From contig CBDBMJ010000003.1 of the NCBI GenBank assembly GCA_965207455.1, positions 192,001 through 256,000 of the forward strand: a stretch of DNA of 64,000 nucleotides, in the 5' to 3' direction. A program made the translations under genes and the position numbers. The notes under the pieces were generated by a model that ran no database searches, was not told the DNA's origin, and was given only the letters and a program-made list of their open reading frames with translations. The stretch is from Bdellovibrionota bacterium (GTDB taxonomy: Bacteria; Bdellovibrionota; UBA1018; CAIPTA01; JAALKR01). This document shows, in pieces, positions 29,689 through 39,845 of this stretch. How positions within the stretch are numbered: position 1 is the stretch's first letter; the number at the start of each line of letters is the position of its first letter.

Positions 29689-30630
29689 CTACTCACCTTC
29701 CTTGGAAATTAATTTCATAAACGCACCCTCTAGACTCATTTTCTCTTGGTTTAAGCGTAAAAGATCCAGGTTGTTCTGCACACAAAGTTTGGCAATTTCT
29801 GCCCGGTGGTCCGCTTTCTTTTCATGTTCTATCACAAGGGTATGTTCTCCCTTTTCTGGATCAGATGCGTATTCCACTGCAGATACTTGGGGAAGGGCTT
29901 GGATCCGGGGAATGAGTGCTTTCGGATCATGGCGCATGCTCACCTCCAATTTTATAGTGGAGGCGATATTTCTAGATATTCCCTCCAGCGTATCCATGGC
30001 AATAATTTTTCCTTGATCGATGACCACTACCCTATCGCAAGTGAATTGCACCTCAGGCAAAATATGGGTGGACAAAATCACAGTGTGCTTTCCTTTCAAG
30101 TTACAAATTAGCTTTCGAATTTCTATAATTTGCTTAGGATCCAGGCCCACGGTTGGTTCATCTAAAATTAGTATGGGGGGGGAGTGTACAATTGCCTGAG
30201 CTAGGCCCACTCGTTGCCGGTATCCCTTGGATAGATTGCCAATAAACCGGTTTTGAACGTCTACAAGGCCGCAGCTGTCCATGGCCACATCCACTGCTTT
30301 TTGTATTTGAGGTCCGGGCACATTGTGGAGTCGAGCCGCAAACGTTAAATATGCTTTCACATCCATGGAGCTATATACTGGAGGATTTTCAGGCAGGTAT
30401 CCGATGGAGGCCTTTGCTTTTAACGGCTCTTTCCTAACATCAAAACCATTTGCTGTGGCAGTGCCACTGCCAGCACTCAAGCATCCACTTAAAATTTTCA
30501 TGGTGGTGCTTTTTCCTGCACCGTTGGGGCCCAGGAATCCTAAAATCTCTCCCTGCTCTACCCGAAAACTCACATCTTGTATGGCAAGTCTCTCGCCATA
30601 TTTTTTACATAATTTATTTACTTCAATCAC
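29689..30630 (-). CDS. ABC transporter ATP-binding protein (GldA-like)
   Basis: GPNGAGKST, LSKGYRQRVG, ILDEPT, STH. Start placed at GTG 30630. Confidence 0.92.
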   Translation of the reverse strand: MIEVNKLCKKYGERLAIQDVSFRVEQGEILGFLGPNGAGKSTTMKILSGCLSAGSGTATANGFDVRKEPLKAKASIGYLPENPPVYSSMDVKAYLTFAARLHNVPGPQIQKAVDVAMDSCGLVDVQNRFIGNLSKGYRQRVGLAQAIVHSPPILILDEPTVGLDPKQIIEIRKLICNLKGKHTVILSTHILPEVQFTCDRVVVIDQGKIIAMDTLEGISRNIASTIKLEVSMRHDPKALIPRIQALPQVSAVEYASDPEKGEHTLVIEHEKKADHRAEIAKLCVQNNLDLLRLNQEKMSLEGAFMKLISKEGE

Positions 30631-30640
30631 GCATCTTTCC

Positions 30641-31288
30641 TCAAGGTCGCACGAACACAATTTCTTCCTCTGCTAGTAAGGTCATCAATTGTTCAAATGC
30701 TTTTGCCCGGTGGCTATATTTATTTTTTTCCACGGAACCCATTTCTGCAAAGTTTAGATTGGAATTCCCATTGGGAATAAAAATAGGGTCGTAGCCAAAG
30801 CCATTGGTTCCCTTCTCCTCGATAGCAATGCTCCCTTCACAACTAGCCGACGTGCTAAGGAGAACTCCCTCCACCATAAAAACAAGGGAGCAAACAAAAC
30901 GTGCTCTGCGGTTTTTGCCCGTTTTTTTACTCAGCAATTGAAGCACTTTGGTTCGATTAGCTTCGTCCTGAGATTCACCCGATTTTGGTGTGGCAAAGTG
31001 GGCAGACAGTGGTCCCGGTTTTCCGTCTAGCGCTAGGAGTTCCAGCCCTGAATCATCGGCAAATATGGGAACTTTTGCCGCTTGAAAGGCAAAGCAGCAT
31101 TTTCGCTCCGCATTCTTATTATAAGTTGCGTCAGGTTCTCTGGACTCAGCTTGCGAAAGGTGGGCTGAATTACAGACCCATTTTTTCAAGGATACTATGG
31201 ATATATTATGAGGCAGTGCTATGGTTTGAAACTCCTGGATTTTTCCTCTGTTTCCGCTGGCAATAGTTAAGTGTTCAAATCGTCGCAT
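30641..31288 (-). CDS. rdgB: Non-canonical purine NTP pyrophosphatase RdgB/HAM1
   Basis: ASGNRGK, ADDSGL, GFGYDPIF, KNKYSHRAKA. Confidence 0.92.
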   Translation of the reverse strand: MRRFEHLTIASGNRGKIQEFQTIALPHNISIVSLKKWVCNSAHLSQAESREPDATYNKNAERKCCFAFQAAKVPIFADDSGLELLALDGKPGPLSAHFATPKSGESQDEANRTKVLQLLSKKTGKNRRARFVCSLVFMVEGVLLSTSASCEGSIAIEEKGTNGFGYDPIFIPNGNSNLNFAEMGSVEKNKYSHRAKAFEQLMTLLAEEEIVFVRP

Positions 31289-31364
31289 TTTTGGCCCTAC
31301 ACTGGGGTTTATGGTAATAACGTTGTTATGGAAAGTCAACTACACTTGTGCTAAAAAAAATTTG

Positions 31365-32378
31365 ATGGAGCAGTTGGAACATAAACATAGCCTTGCCGTA
31401 GATATGGTCGGAATCCAGGAGCGGGCAGCTCTCTTTGCAACTCGAAGTATCAAAGCGAAATCCAAGCTTCAGGCTCTCCATGCCTGCGTGCAAATGATAG
31501 ACCTTACTACGCTGGAGGGGAGTGATACTCATGGGAAGGTTCGTCAGCTTTGTGGAAAGGCTCGCAATCCTTTTCCCCAGGCCTGTGCAATGGATATGGA
31601 CTCTGAGGGGGCTTCTTCTGAGAGGGCTTCTTCTGAGAGGGCTTCTTCTGAGAGGGCTCCATCTGTGATGGTTCCATCTGTGATGGTTCCATCTGTGATG
31701 GTTCCGCCTGTGGCTGCTGTATGTGTGTATCCGTCGCTTGTTGCCCAAGCGAGGAAGTATTTAGAAAACTCTTCTGTGGCAGTTGCCTCAGTTGCCACTT
31801 CTTTTCCTTCGGGGCAGGCCCCTCTTTCCATTAAGTTACAGGATGTGGAGTATGCGGTGGGTGCTGGGGCCCAAGAGATCGACATGGTCATTCATCGAGG
31901 TGATTTCCTCAGTGGAGAGTACAACAAGGTTCGGGACGAGATTGCTGCCACGAAGGAAATTTGTGGTAAGGATGTGCACTTAAAAGTAATTTTAGAGGTG
32001 GGGGAGCTTGGAACGTACGACAAAATTCATCTCGCCTCCCACATTGCCATGGACGCTGGGGCTGATTTTATTAAAACGTCCACGGGAAAAATACCTTCTG
32101 CGGCCTCCATGCCCGTTACGTTAGTAATGTTATTAGCTATCCGGGACCACTACGAAAGAACGGGGAAAAAAATAGGAATGAAGCCTGCTGGTGGTATTCG
32201 TACTGCCAAGCAAGCTCTCCATTACTTGTGTATGGTGAAGGAGACCTTAGGGCCTCAGTGGCTTTCTCCCAGCTTATTTCGTTTTGGTGCCAGCAGTTTG
32301 CTTAATGATTTATTGAAACAAATATATAAGCAAAAGACAGGACGCTATTACTATGGCAAGGCTTTTTCTTCCGACTAA
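31365..32378 (+). CDS. deoC: Deoxyribose-phosphate aldolase (long type) with repeat insertion
   Basis: IDLTTLEG, AAVCVYP, EIDMVI, LKVILE, ADFIKTSTGK, KPAGGIR, FRFGASSLL. Confidence 0.93.
   Translation: MEQLEHKHSLAVDMVGIQERAALFATRSIKAKSKLQALHACVQMIDLTTLEGSDTHGKVRQLCGKARNPFPQACAMDMDSEGASSERASSERASSERAPSVMVPSVMVPSVMVPPVAAVCVYPSLVAQARKYLENSSVAVASVATSFPSGQAPLSIKLQDVEYAVGAGAQEIDMVIHRGDFLSGEYNKVRDEIAATKEICGKDVHLKVILEVGELGTYDKIHLASHIAMDAGADFIKTSTGKIPSAASMPVTLVMLLAIRDHYERTGKKIGMKPAGGIRTAKQALHYLCMVKETLGPQWLSPSLFRFGASSLLNDLLKQIYKQKTGRYYYGKAFSSD
31602..31706 (+). repeat. Two adjacent in-frame 15-bp tandem repeats inside deoC
   Basis: (GGGCTTCTTCTGAGA)x3 then (TCCATCTGTGATGGT)x3, encoding ASSER x3 and PSVMV x3. 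Confidence 0.9.
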
Positions 32379-32399
32379 TTTCATACAAGGGTAAAGACG

Positions 32400-33872
32400 A
32401 TGACACAAAAAAGAGCAAGCAAAATAAAAAATTCTACTTGGGACTTTTCCTACGACCCTGCCCCCGAGTCCACCTCTATTCTACAAATTCCATCTCAGTC
32501 TCAGTGCTGGATCGACGGAAAATTTGTGGATTCCTTGGGTCAGCAACATTTTTCATCTATAAACCCTGCCACGGGAGAGGTTTTAAGCCAGATACCCAAT
32601 GGAAACAAAAAGGATGTGGATAGAGCGGTACAGGCAGCAAGAAAAGCTTTTCCCCGTTGGAGTGCTTGTTCGGGTAAAGAGCGAGGACGTTATTTATTTC
32701 GTATTGCTCGAATGATTCAAGAGCAAGCTCGCCAGTTAGCTGTACTGGAAACGATGGATAATGGAAAGCCCATTCGGGAATCTCGTGATGTGGATATTCC
32801 TCTCGCTGCTGCCCACTTTTTCTATCATGCTGGTTGGGCGGATAAGTTAGAGTATGTTTTTCCTGGAAAGAAAGTACATCCTGTGGGTGTGGCTGCTCAA
32901 ATCATCCCATGGAATTTTCCTTTGTTGATGGCTGCTTGGAAAATTGCTCCTGCCCTAGCCACGGGTAATTGTGTTGTATTAAAACCTGCGGAAACCACTT
33001 CCCTAAGTGCGCTCCACTTAGCAAAAATCATACAGGAGGCGGGTCTTCCCGATGGAGTGGTGAATATTGTTACGGGAGATGGTGCCACGGGTGCTGCTCT
33101 TTGTGCCCATCCGGGGGTGGATAAAATAGCGTTCACTGGTTCCACGCAAGTGGGAAAAGAAATTGCAGGCACGATGGGGAGTGAAAAAAAGTTAACCTTA
33201 GAATTGGGTGGAAAATCAGCTCATATTATTTATGAGGATTGTGCCATTGATCAGGCAGTTGAGGGAATCATAAATGGAATTTATTTTAATCAGGGTCATG
33301 TTTGTTGTGCTGGATCTAGATTACTTGTGGAAGAGTCCATTGCTACCACGATTGTGAAAAAATTAAAGCAAAGAATGGCCCACCTTAGGGTGGGTAATCC
33401 ATTGGATAAAAATACGGACATTGGTGCCATAAATTCCAAAATGGAGTTAGATAAAATTCGTCATCTAGTGCAAGTGGGTAAGGACGAGGGTGGTGAGTAT
33501 TTTGAAGCGGCTCAGGGAGAGCTTCCTTCGAAAGGTTTTTTTCATAAGCCCTGTTTCTTTAATAATATTTCTTCTAGCGCTACGGTAAATCGCTTGGAAA
33601 TTTTTGGACCTGTGTTGGCCATATCTACTTTTCGTACACCTGAAGAGGCGATACAAAAAGCGAACGACACGCCCTACGGATTAGCTGCGGGTATTTGGTC
33701 AGAAAAAGGATCCAAGATTCATCACACGGCCAAGCACCTAAAAGCTGGTGTGGTGTGGGCCAATACTTATAATAAATTTGATCCTGCCTCTCCCTTTGGT
33801 GGCTACCATGAAAGTGGTTGGGGAAGAGAGGGCGGAAGACACGGGCTCCTGTCCTACTTGGAGGTGCAGTAA
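32400..33872 (+). CDS. Aldehyde dehydrogenase (catalytic)
   Basis: IIPWNFP, KPAE, FTGST, LELGGKS, NQGHVCCAGSR, EIFGPV, PFGGYHESG. Confidence 0.93.
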   Translation: MTQKRASKIKNSTWDFSYDPAPESTSILQIPSQSQCWIDGKFVDSLGQQHFSSINPATGEVLSQIPNGNKKDVDRAVQAARKAFPRWSACSGKERGRYLFRIARMIQEQARQLAVLETMDNGKPIRESRDVDIPLAAAHFFYHAGWADKLEYVFPGKKVHPVGVAAQIIPWNFPLLMAAWKIAPALATGNCVVLKPAETTSLSALHLAKIIQEAGLPDGVVNIVTGDGATGAALCAHPGVDKIAFTGSTQVGKEIAGTMGSEKKLTLELGGKSAHIIYEDCAIDQAVEGIINGIYFNQGHVCCAGSRLLVEESIATTIVKKLKQRMAHLRVGNPLDKNTDIGAINSKMELDKIRHLVQVGKDEGGEYFEAAQGELPSKGFFHKPCFFNNISSSATVNRLEIFGPVLAISTFRTPEEAIQKANDTPYGLAAGIWSEKGSKIHHTAKHLKAGVVWANTYNKFDPASPFGGYHESGWGREGGRHGLLSYLEVQ

Positions 33873-33873
33873 G

Positions 33874-34740
33874 ATGGACAATGTAAGCAATAATGAAACG
33901 AGTGTATTAAAAACCATAAAGCTTTATATAGGTGGGGAGTTTGTCCGTACGGAATCTGGGCGAAGTTTTCCCAGTTACGACGCTAATAAAAAACTCCATG
34001 CCCACCTATGCAAGGCCTCCCGTAAGGATGTGCGTAAATCGGTGGAGTGGGCTCAAAAGTCAACCCACTCTTGGGCATCTCGCAGTGCTTACAATCGAGG
34101 GCAAATACTCTACCGAATGGCAGAGATGGCACAAAGCAAACAAAAAGAATTTATGGATATTCACTTACAATGGGGTTGTACAAAAGAAGAGGCCCGTGCC
34201 TCGGTGAATTCCATTATAGATAGTTTTGTATACTACGGAGGTTTTGCAGATAAATTCTCTCAGTTGATGGGTGGAGTGAATCCTGTGAGTGGTCCTTTTC
34301 ATAATTTTACCACGCCAGAACCCATGGGTGTGGTGGGATTATTGATGAGCGACAAGTCCAGTCCCAAGGATCAGGCGCAAGTTTGGGTGGCCCGTTTGTG
34401 CGCTTTACTTTGTTCTGGAAATACGGTGCTGGCCCTATTGCCCCCATCGATTGCGTCCCTAATAGCCCCGCTTTCTGAGGTATTTGCCACTTCGGACCTT
34501 CCCCGTGGAACTGTTAATGTGTTGACGGGAAGTGTGGAGGAATTAGCACCTGTAATGGGAGAGCACATGGAAATTCAAGCGCTGTGTATTTGTGGCAACC
34601 CAAAGAGTTTTTCCCACTTGCACACAATGGGTGTTCATAATATGAAACGGGTTGTGGAAGTAAAATCTCCTCTGCTCTCTTTAGAAAGTATTCTCTCCTT
34701 TGTGGAGTACAAAACAGTATGGCATCCCATTGGAATGTAG
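33874..34740 (+). CDS. Short aldehyde-dehydrogenase-like protein (NAD-binding part only)
   Basis: KLYIGGEFVRTESGR, YNRGQILYR, EPMGVV, ends EYKTVWHPIG; no ELGGK and no catalytic Cys segment. Confidence 0.85.
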   Translation: MDNVSNNETSVLKTIKLYIGGEFVRTESGRSFPSYDANKKLHAHLCKASRKDVRKSVEWAQKSTHSWASRSAYNRGQILYRMAEMAQSKQKEFMDIHLQWGCTKEEARASVNSIIDSFVYYGGFADKFSQLMGGVNPVSGPFHNFTTPEPMGVVGLLMSDKSSPKDQAQVWVARLCALLCSGNTVLALLPPSIASLIAPLSEVFATSDLPRGTVNVLTGSVEELAPVMGEHMEIQALCICGNPKSFSHLHTMGVHNMKRVVEVKSPLLSLESILSFVEYKTVWHPIGM

Positions 34741-34751
34741 AAAGGAAGATA

Positions 34752-35666
34752 ATGAATAATACACCCATACTTTCTGTTGGTTCCCTCGCCTTTGATTCCA
34801 TTCAAGTTCCAGGGGATTCTGTAGAAGCGGCTCTTGGAGGATCAGCAAATTATTTTTCACTTTCGGCTAGTTTTTTTTCTCCTGTGCAAGTGGTGGGTGT
34901 TGTGGGAGAGGATTTTCCTCAAGAGCATTTACGTTATTTAGAGTCTCGAAATATCGACACGCAAGGAATTCAAGTTAAAGAAGGCAAGACCTTTCATTGG
35001 AAAGGAGAATATAAGGACGACTACAACAGTGCCATTACCCATGATACGGAACTCAATGTTTTTGGAGATTTTAATCCAGAGGTGCCTGCTCATTACGCCA
35101 AGGCCAAATATGTTTTCTTAGGTAATATTACTCCGAGTTTGCAATCTCGGGTGCTGGAGCAGGTGGAGAATCCCAGATTAATTGCACTAGACAGCATGAA
35201 CCTTTGGATCAATACCGCTAACGATGATTTGCAGGGCATACTAAAAAAAGTGAACTTACTTATCATCAATGATGGAGAGACTTGCTTGTTGGGTAAGAGT
35301 AAGAATGTTTTTACAGCGGCAGAAAAAATCATGGAGATGGGCCCTAAGTGCCTTGTTGTAAAGAGAGGTGAGTACGGTGCTTTCCTTCTTATGAACGGTG
35401 AGTATTTTGTAGCGCCGGCAGTACCTTTAAAGCAAATAAAAGACCCCACGGGGGCAGGCGATACTTTCGCAGGTGGTTTGTTAGGGTATTTAGCGTCTCA
35501 AGATTGCGACCTCAGCGACACAACTGTTCTCAAACAAGCTCTTCTATATGGAACCGTAATGGCCAGCTTTGTGGTACAGGATTTTAGTTTTCTTCGACTA
35601 AAGACGATCAGCTCAAAAGATATTCAAGCAGTCTATAAGAAAATTTCTTCCATGATTACTTTATGA
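34752..35666 (+). CDS. PfkB-family carbohydrate/nucleoside kinase
   Basis: VGSLAFDSI, LGGSANY, VKRGEYGA, DPTGAGDTFAGG. Confidence 0.9.
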   Translation: MNNTPILSVGSLAFDSIQVPGDSVEAALGGSANYFSLSASFFSPVQVVGVVGEDFPQEHLRYLESRNIDTQGIQVKEGKTFHWKGEYKDDYNSAITHDTELNVFGDFNPEVPAHYAKAKYVFLGNITPSLQSRVLEQVENPRLIALDSMNLWINTANDDLQGILKKVNLLIINDGETCLLGKSKNVFTAAEKIMEMGPKCLVVKRGEYGAFLLMNGEYFVAPAVPLKQIKDPTGAGDTFAGGLLGYLASQDCDLSDTTVLKQALLYGTVMASFVVQDFSFLRLKTISSKDIQAVYKKISSMITL

Positions 35667-36260
35667 CTCTTCTTGAAAGTGAATAACGGGCAGCGTTTTA
35701 TTGGGAAGAAATTTCTTCTCATTCATTCGAAACTCAATCTCATTATTTTTTTCAGCAATTGCCAGCGACGGAGCCTTTTTATTTTTTTGAGTCATGGCCC
35801 TTCGAGAAATCCATTGTGAGTATAGTACAGGCTTAAATGTGCTGTCTTTTTTATACTCCAAGATAGTCCAGTAGAAATCTTGGTATTGGGAAGTCCTACC
35901 TACGGCATGTGTCCAGCCCTTGAGTTCCACAAAAATTCTTCCTTTAATCCGTATTATTTTTGGCTTTACCCAGCTTCCATACTGTAGAACATTGTCAACG
36001 AACGGCTCCAGCTTTATTTTCGCTGCCCATTTAGAGGGAACAAAATAAAGTTGCATGCCATTGCTTGTTTCTCTCAATTCAATAAATTTTTTACCAACTA
36101 GGGGGACTTTATTAATTCGATGGCTTGTATTTTTCCCTTCAACGTCTGTCGTTGAGAAAGAAAAAATTAGTAGCATAAGGCAGTATTTTATATGGATTCT
36201 GCTTTTTTGGATATTTTTTCGTGCTTGCATATTTTCTCCTATTATTTTTTCCTTTGACAT
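35661..36260 (-). CDS. Hypothetical exported protein
   Basis: Hydrophobic signal-like segment YCLMLLIFSFSTT; start overlaps the stop of the upstream 708-aa gene. Confidence 0.65.
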   Translation of the reverse strand: MSKEKIIGENMQARKNIQKSRIHIKYCLMLLIFSFSTTDVEGKNTSHRINKVPLVGKKFIELRETSNGMQLYFVPSKWAAKIKLEPFVDNVLQYGSWVKPKIIRIKGRIFVELKGWTHAVGRTSQYQDFYWTILEYKKDSTFKPVLYSQWISRRAMTQKNKKAPSLAIAEKNNEIEFRMNEKKFLPNKTLPVIHFQEES

Positions 36261-38368
36261 TCCGCTCTCTCTTCCGCAGTCCGCGGTACTGGGCGAAAGA
36301 AAGAAACCGCTGGTTTGCTCTCTGCTATTTCAATATCACCTATATGTGTTACGGAATATTTTTCTGGTTTAGAATAACAAGCAAATCCTGGTTTTGAATC
36401 ACCATGACAAAAGAAAAAATTAAAGTCTTCTGCTAGTTTTTCTCCCTTACTTTTATAGGGGTACTTCTCCTTAAAATTCTTTGGATCACAGTAAGCTTCT
36501 CTAGATAGTTTTACGGCTAAATCCCATCGCTTTGGAGATTCTTTCTTAGGACAAAGGGTGCTACTTAAATTACCATGGTCTTTTACTTGAGGATTCCATA
36601 CGGAAAATTGATATCTTTTGGAAAGCACTCTTTCCTCTGGGGTCATATTTTCCACCCGTTCGCTTTCTCCTTTCTTTCTAGCAAAATTCCCTTTATATAT
36701 TTGTTCATAATTTCCCGGTTCTTTCCGTTTCCTAACATTATTTCTAAATACTTTATTATTCTCAAACCTTGTACGATCAGCAATGGTTCGAAGAGAGTAA
36801 ATATAATGGCCATTGGACTCACTATCACCTTCTGTTTCCACACTTCGAACCTCGCTATATATTGTTCTAGCCATGGCATCAATTGTACGCAAATCTCGGA
36901 AAGTCATTTTTTCACCAAGCCTGCATGTTAATTCAGATTCAGCAAGTTTGCTATGAATCTTATCTTTTTTCTTATCCCAATCAGCATAGACATGCCTGTC
37001 ATAAGAACTCATATTATGATTACCAATTCCATCCTTAAATTTAATACAAGCACCTGTATTATCTTTTAGAAATTCTTCGTCTTGTTCCTTCTCAGCTTGG
37101 ATCAAAGCTTGTGTTGCTTGAGCAACTCCATTATTTGACGATTTTTGTGAACATCCATATACCTCAATATAATGGAGAATTTGATCAGCCGTCAGTTTCG
37201 TGCTGAAACTATTATTCCTGGCTTGTATATTAAAATCTCCAAATTCTCTTAATTGTGCTAACTGTGCTAACTCGGACGAAGTAACTTTTACATTAAATTT
37301 TTTCAATATAGCGCAATATATGGGATTCTTTCCTTCTTCACAAGATATACCTCCTGGACTAAGTTGGGCTGCTTGTTTTTTTGTCGGTTTTTTTGCTGCT
37401 GATTTTGCTTTTAATTGCTCTAGTTCTACTGCTTGTTTTGCCGCTTGTTTCGCTGCTTGTTTTTCTTGTTTTGCTGCTTGTTCTACTGCTTGCCTTGCCT
37501 GTTTTGCTTCCTCTGACTTCAATTGTGCTAGTTTTACTGCTTCTTCCGCCAATAGCCTTTCTTCTTCTTTCTCTCTTAAATCAGCCTCTGCTTGTGCTAA
37601 TTCTGCCTCTAATTGCGCCTGTTTTGCTGCCTCTTCCGCTGCTTCTTTTGCGCTTGATCTTCTTGCTTGGCTAAACGGATCGTATTCCATGCTTTTTTGC
37701 TTTTCTTTCATTTCTGACGTCAATCGTTCTACAGTTCTTTCTATTTTATCTAATTCCAAAGATTTCTGTATGTTAATGTTCCCTAAGCTGAAATTTCCTG
37801 TCCTTTTTTTCCAGGGAGATGCCCATCCCTTTTCAAAAACGATTGTTTTTTCCTCTTCATTCCATGGCTTAAATGTCAATACTCTGTTGGTATCTCCAGA
37901 CCTGCCTAGTGAACGTGTGCCTTCAGAAATATAGTAAGGGATAGGGTTTCCGCCCTTCACTGTTGAACGTTTTAATCCTACGATACGAAGATTTTTCTTC
38001 TTGAGCTCTACCCAACCTCGCCTCTTATTTCCCCCATGCTTCATAAAAGTGGCATAAATAAAATTACGACCACGAAATCTCCGTACCACTATCTTTTGCT
38101 CTCCCCATTCATCGACAGCAATATAGCCTTCGGAAAGCTTCTCGCTAGGCTTGCAAGCAGGGCCTCCTTGAGTTGAATCGCTACACGGTTTCTTCACACA
38201 AGCTTCCAGCTCTTTTGCCGTTAATTTGGGGGAACATTGAGGGTAGTAAACAGGATTACCCACCATACTGTAACTCACATGATCAATTAGCAGGGTAGTC
38301 TCTGCTACCGTGTTAATGGTAAATAAACAAAGAGTTACAGACAAACAGGAAATAAAAACTCTCTTCAT
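36242..38368 (-). CDS. Secreted modular protein: Cys-rich N-domain, coiled coil, C-terminal SleB/Hydrolase_2-like cell-wall hydrolase
   Basis: Signal peptide; Ala/Glu/Lys/Gln-rich coiled coil; C-terminal AMARTIYSEVRS...TIADR...VLSKRYQFSVWN resembles Hydrolase_2 motifs. Confidence 0.7.
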   Translation of the reverse strand: MKRVFISCLSVTLCLFTINTVAETTLLIDHVSYSMVGNPVYYPQCSPKLTAKELEACVKKPCSDSTQGGPACKPSEKLSEGYIAVDEWGEQKIVVRRFRGRNFIYATFMKHGGNKRRGWVELKKKNLRIVGLKRSTVKGGNPIPYYISEGTRSLGRSGDTNRVLTFKPWNEEEKTIVFEKGWASPWKKRTGNFSLGNINIQKSLELDKIERTVERLTSEMKEKQKSMEYDPFSQARRSSAKEAAEEAAKQAQLEAELAQAEADLREKEEERLLAEEAVKLAQLKSEEAKQARQAVEQAAKQEKQAAKQAAKQAVELEQLKAKSAAKKPTKKQAAQLSPGGISCEEGKNPIYCAILKKFNVKVTSSELAQLAQLREFGDFNIQARNNSFSTKLTADQILHYIEVYGCSQKSSNNGVAQATQALIQAEKEQDEEFLKDNTGACIKFKDGIGNHNMSSYDRHVYADWDKKKDKIHSKLAESELTCRLGEKMTFRDLRTIDAMARTIYSEVRSVETEGDSESNGHYIYSLRTIADRTRFENNKVFRNNVRKRKEPGNYEQIYKGNFARKKGESERVENMTPEERVLSKRYQFSVWNPQVKDHGNLSSTLCPKKESPKRWDLAVKLSREAYCDPKNFKEKYPYKSKGEKLAEDFNFFFCHGDSKPGFACYSKPEKYSVTHIGDIEIAESKPAVSFFRPVPRTAEERAECQRKK

Positions 38369-38464
38369 ATTAATAAATTGTACGCTTACCCCTTAGATAA
38401 AACAACGGGAAGATAATACAAAGGTCTGTTTTTTTGTAACAGGTATTTTTTTTCAAAGTTGATG

Positions 38465-39837
38465 CTATTTATTTTTATCCTCGTCTTTAATGATTATATA
38501 TCCTCTCTGATCTAGTTCCCTATCTGTACCTTTCAAAACCTCCCGAGCATTCAAAGATTTTTCCAAGGCAAGCATTGCTTCCATAGTTGTTCTAAATACA
38601 ACCAACAGTTCTCGCAAGCGGCGGGTATTCATTTTCCCTGCCTGCATGAATGAGTATACCTGTTCTTGCCTCATTATATCCTTCTCCAACATCCATATAA
38701 ATTCTAGCCTTATTCTTTCCCACATTATGCCTTTCTGTTGGGTCTGCGGGAACAAAATTCCCAATTGGAAATTTTACATTTGCTGGAAGCGGACCCCTGC
38801 CTCCCGGCTTCCATGGATCAACTTTTGCTTTCTTTACCGGAACCCTGTTTGTAGCCTCAAAAATTTCAAATGTACTGTCCGGAAAATAAATGGTTAATTT
38901 ACCAACATTAACCAATTCATTCCTATCATCATAAAGTTCACTTCTTTTTTCACCGGTCCTATCAAAAACAGCAATTACTTTTGGATCTCTTTTACTCGCT
39001 TTTTCTAGCGCAACAAGCGGAACACTAAGATCTATCCCTCCCGTTGGAGAGGGCTGTCTTTGACATCCGTTTACCTCAATATAATGGAGAATTTGATCAA
39101 CCGTCAGTTCTGCACTAATAATGCTATTCTTATTTTGCATATCAAAATCCATCAGTTTGCTAAGTGCCGGTATTTCAGCAATAGTCACTATTAGCTTAAG
39201 TTTTTCTTGCTCCAATTCCTCCTGTTCTAATTTCTTTTGTTTCATTTTCTTTAGGTTCTCAACTATCCTGTCTTTTTCCAATATGGCGCAGTATATGGGA
39301 TTCTTTCCTCCCTCACAGAATATGCTTTTTGGACTCAACGGAATTTCTTGTTTTGCTGGTAGCTTTAACTCTTTCTTACTTGTCTTCTTTTTGGGCTGTC
39401 TCCAAGGCTGACTTTTCACCAGTTCCTTTTCCAGTTGTACTGTAATTGTTTCCATTTCTTTTAATTCCAAAGATTTCTGATCGGTGATTTTTTTGTGCGT
39501 GTGGTTTCTTAACCTTTGTTCCCAAGGAGAACGATTAACTTTTTCAAAAACAATTGGTCTTTTTCCCTTATTCCATGGTTCAATCTTTAATATTTTCTTC
39601 TCTCCAGCCCCGCCTAATGGAAGCGTATTTACGGAAATATTGGAAACAATATAGTTTTTTTTTGCTGTTGGATTTTTCACTCCTATTAGACGAAGAGTTT
39701 TCTTCTTGACCTCCACCCAGCCTTTTTTCTTCTCTATGCCTCCTGTATCAGAAAAACCGGCATGAATAAATATTCTACCATCATACAATTTTCTCACTTC
39801 AAACCCCGGCGCTCCCTTTTCTTGAATAATAATATTA
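38465..39837 (-). pseudogene. 3' part of an IS-disrupted paralogue of the 708-aa gene, with Tlde1/L,D-transpeptidase-like C-terminus
   Basis: Shares GWVE.KKK.LR..G.K, CE.GKNPIYCAIL and LT.DQILHYIEV.GC with 36242-38368. C-terminus has GPLP and GILIHAGR..RTVGCI. A one-base frameshift near 38594 separates a tail ending at 38465. Confidence 0.75.
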
Positions 39838-39845
39838 CCTTCAGG

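Noticed and set aside
25917..30630. Bacteroidetes-type gliding machinery
   Set aside because: GldA/F/G-like ABC plus DUF4340 operons are widespread outside gliding systems; no gldK-N or spr genes here.
31326..31891. Minus-strand repeat-containing ORFs (NHHRW, MEPSQ, TITDG repeats)
   Set aside because: Shadows of the deoC VNTR.
37200..37934. 244-aa plus-strand Cys/Ala/Phe-rich ORF (and 37381-37674)
   Set aside because: Antisense shadow of the coiled-coil repeat region in the 708-aa gene.
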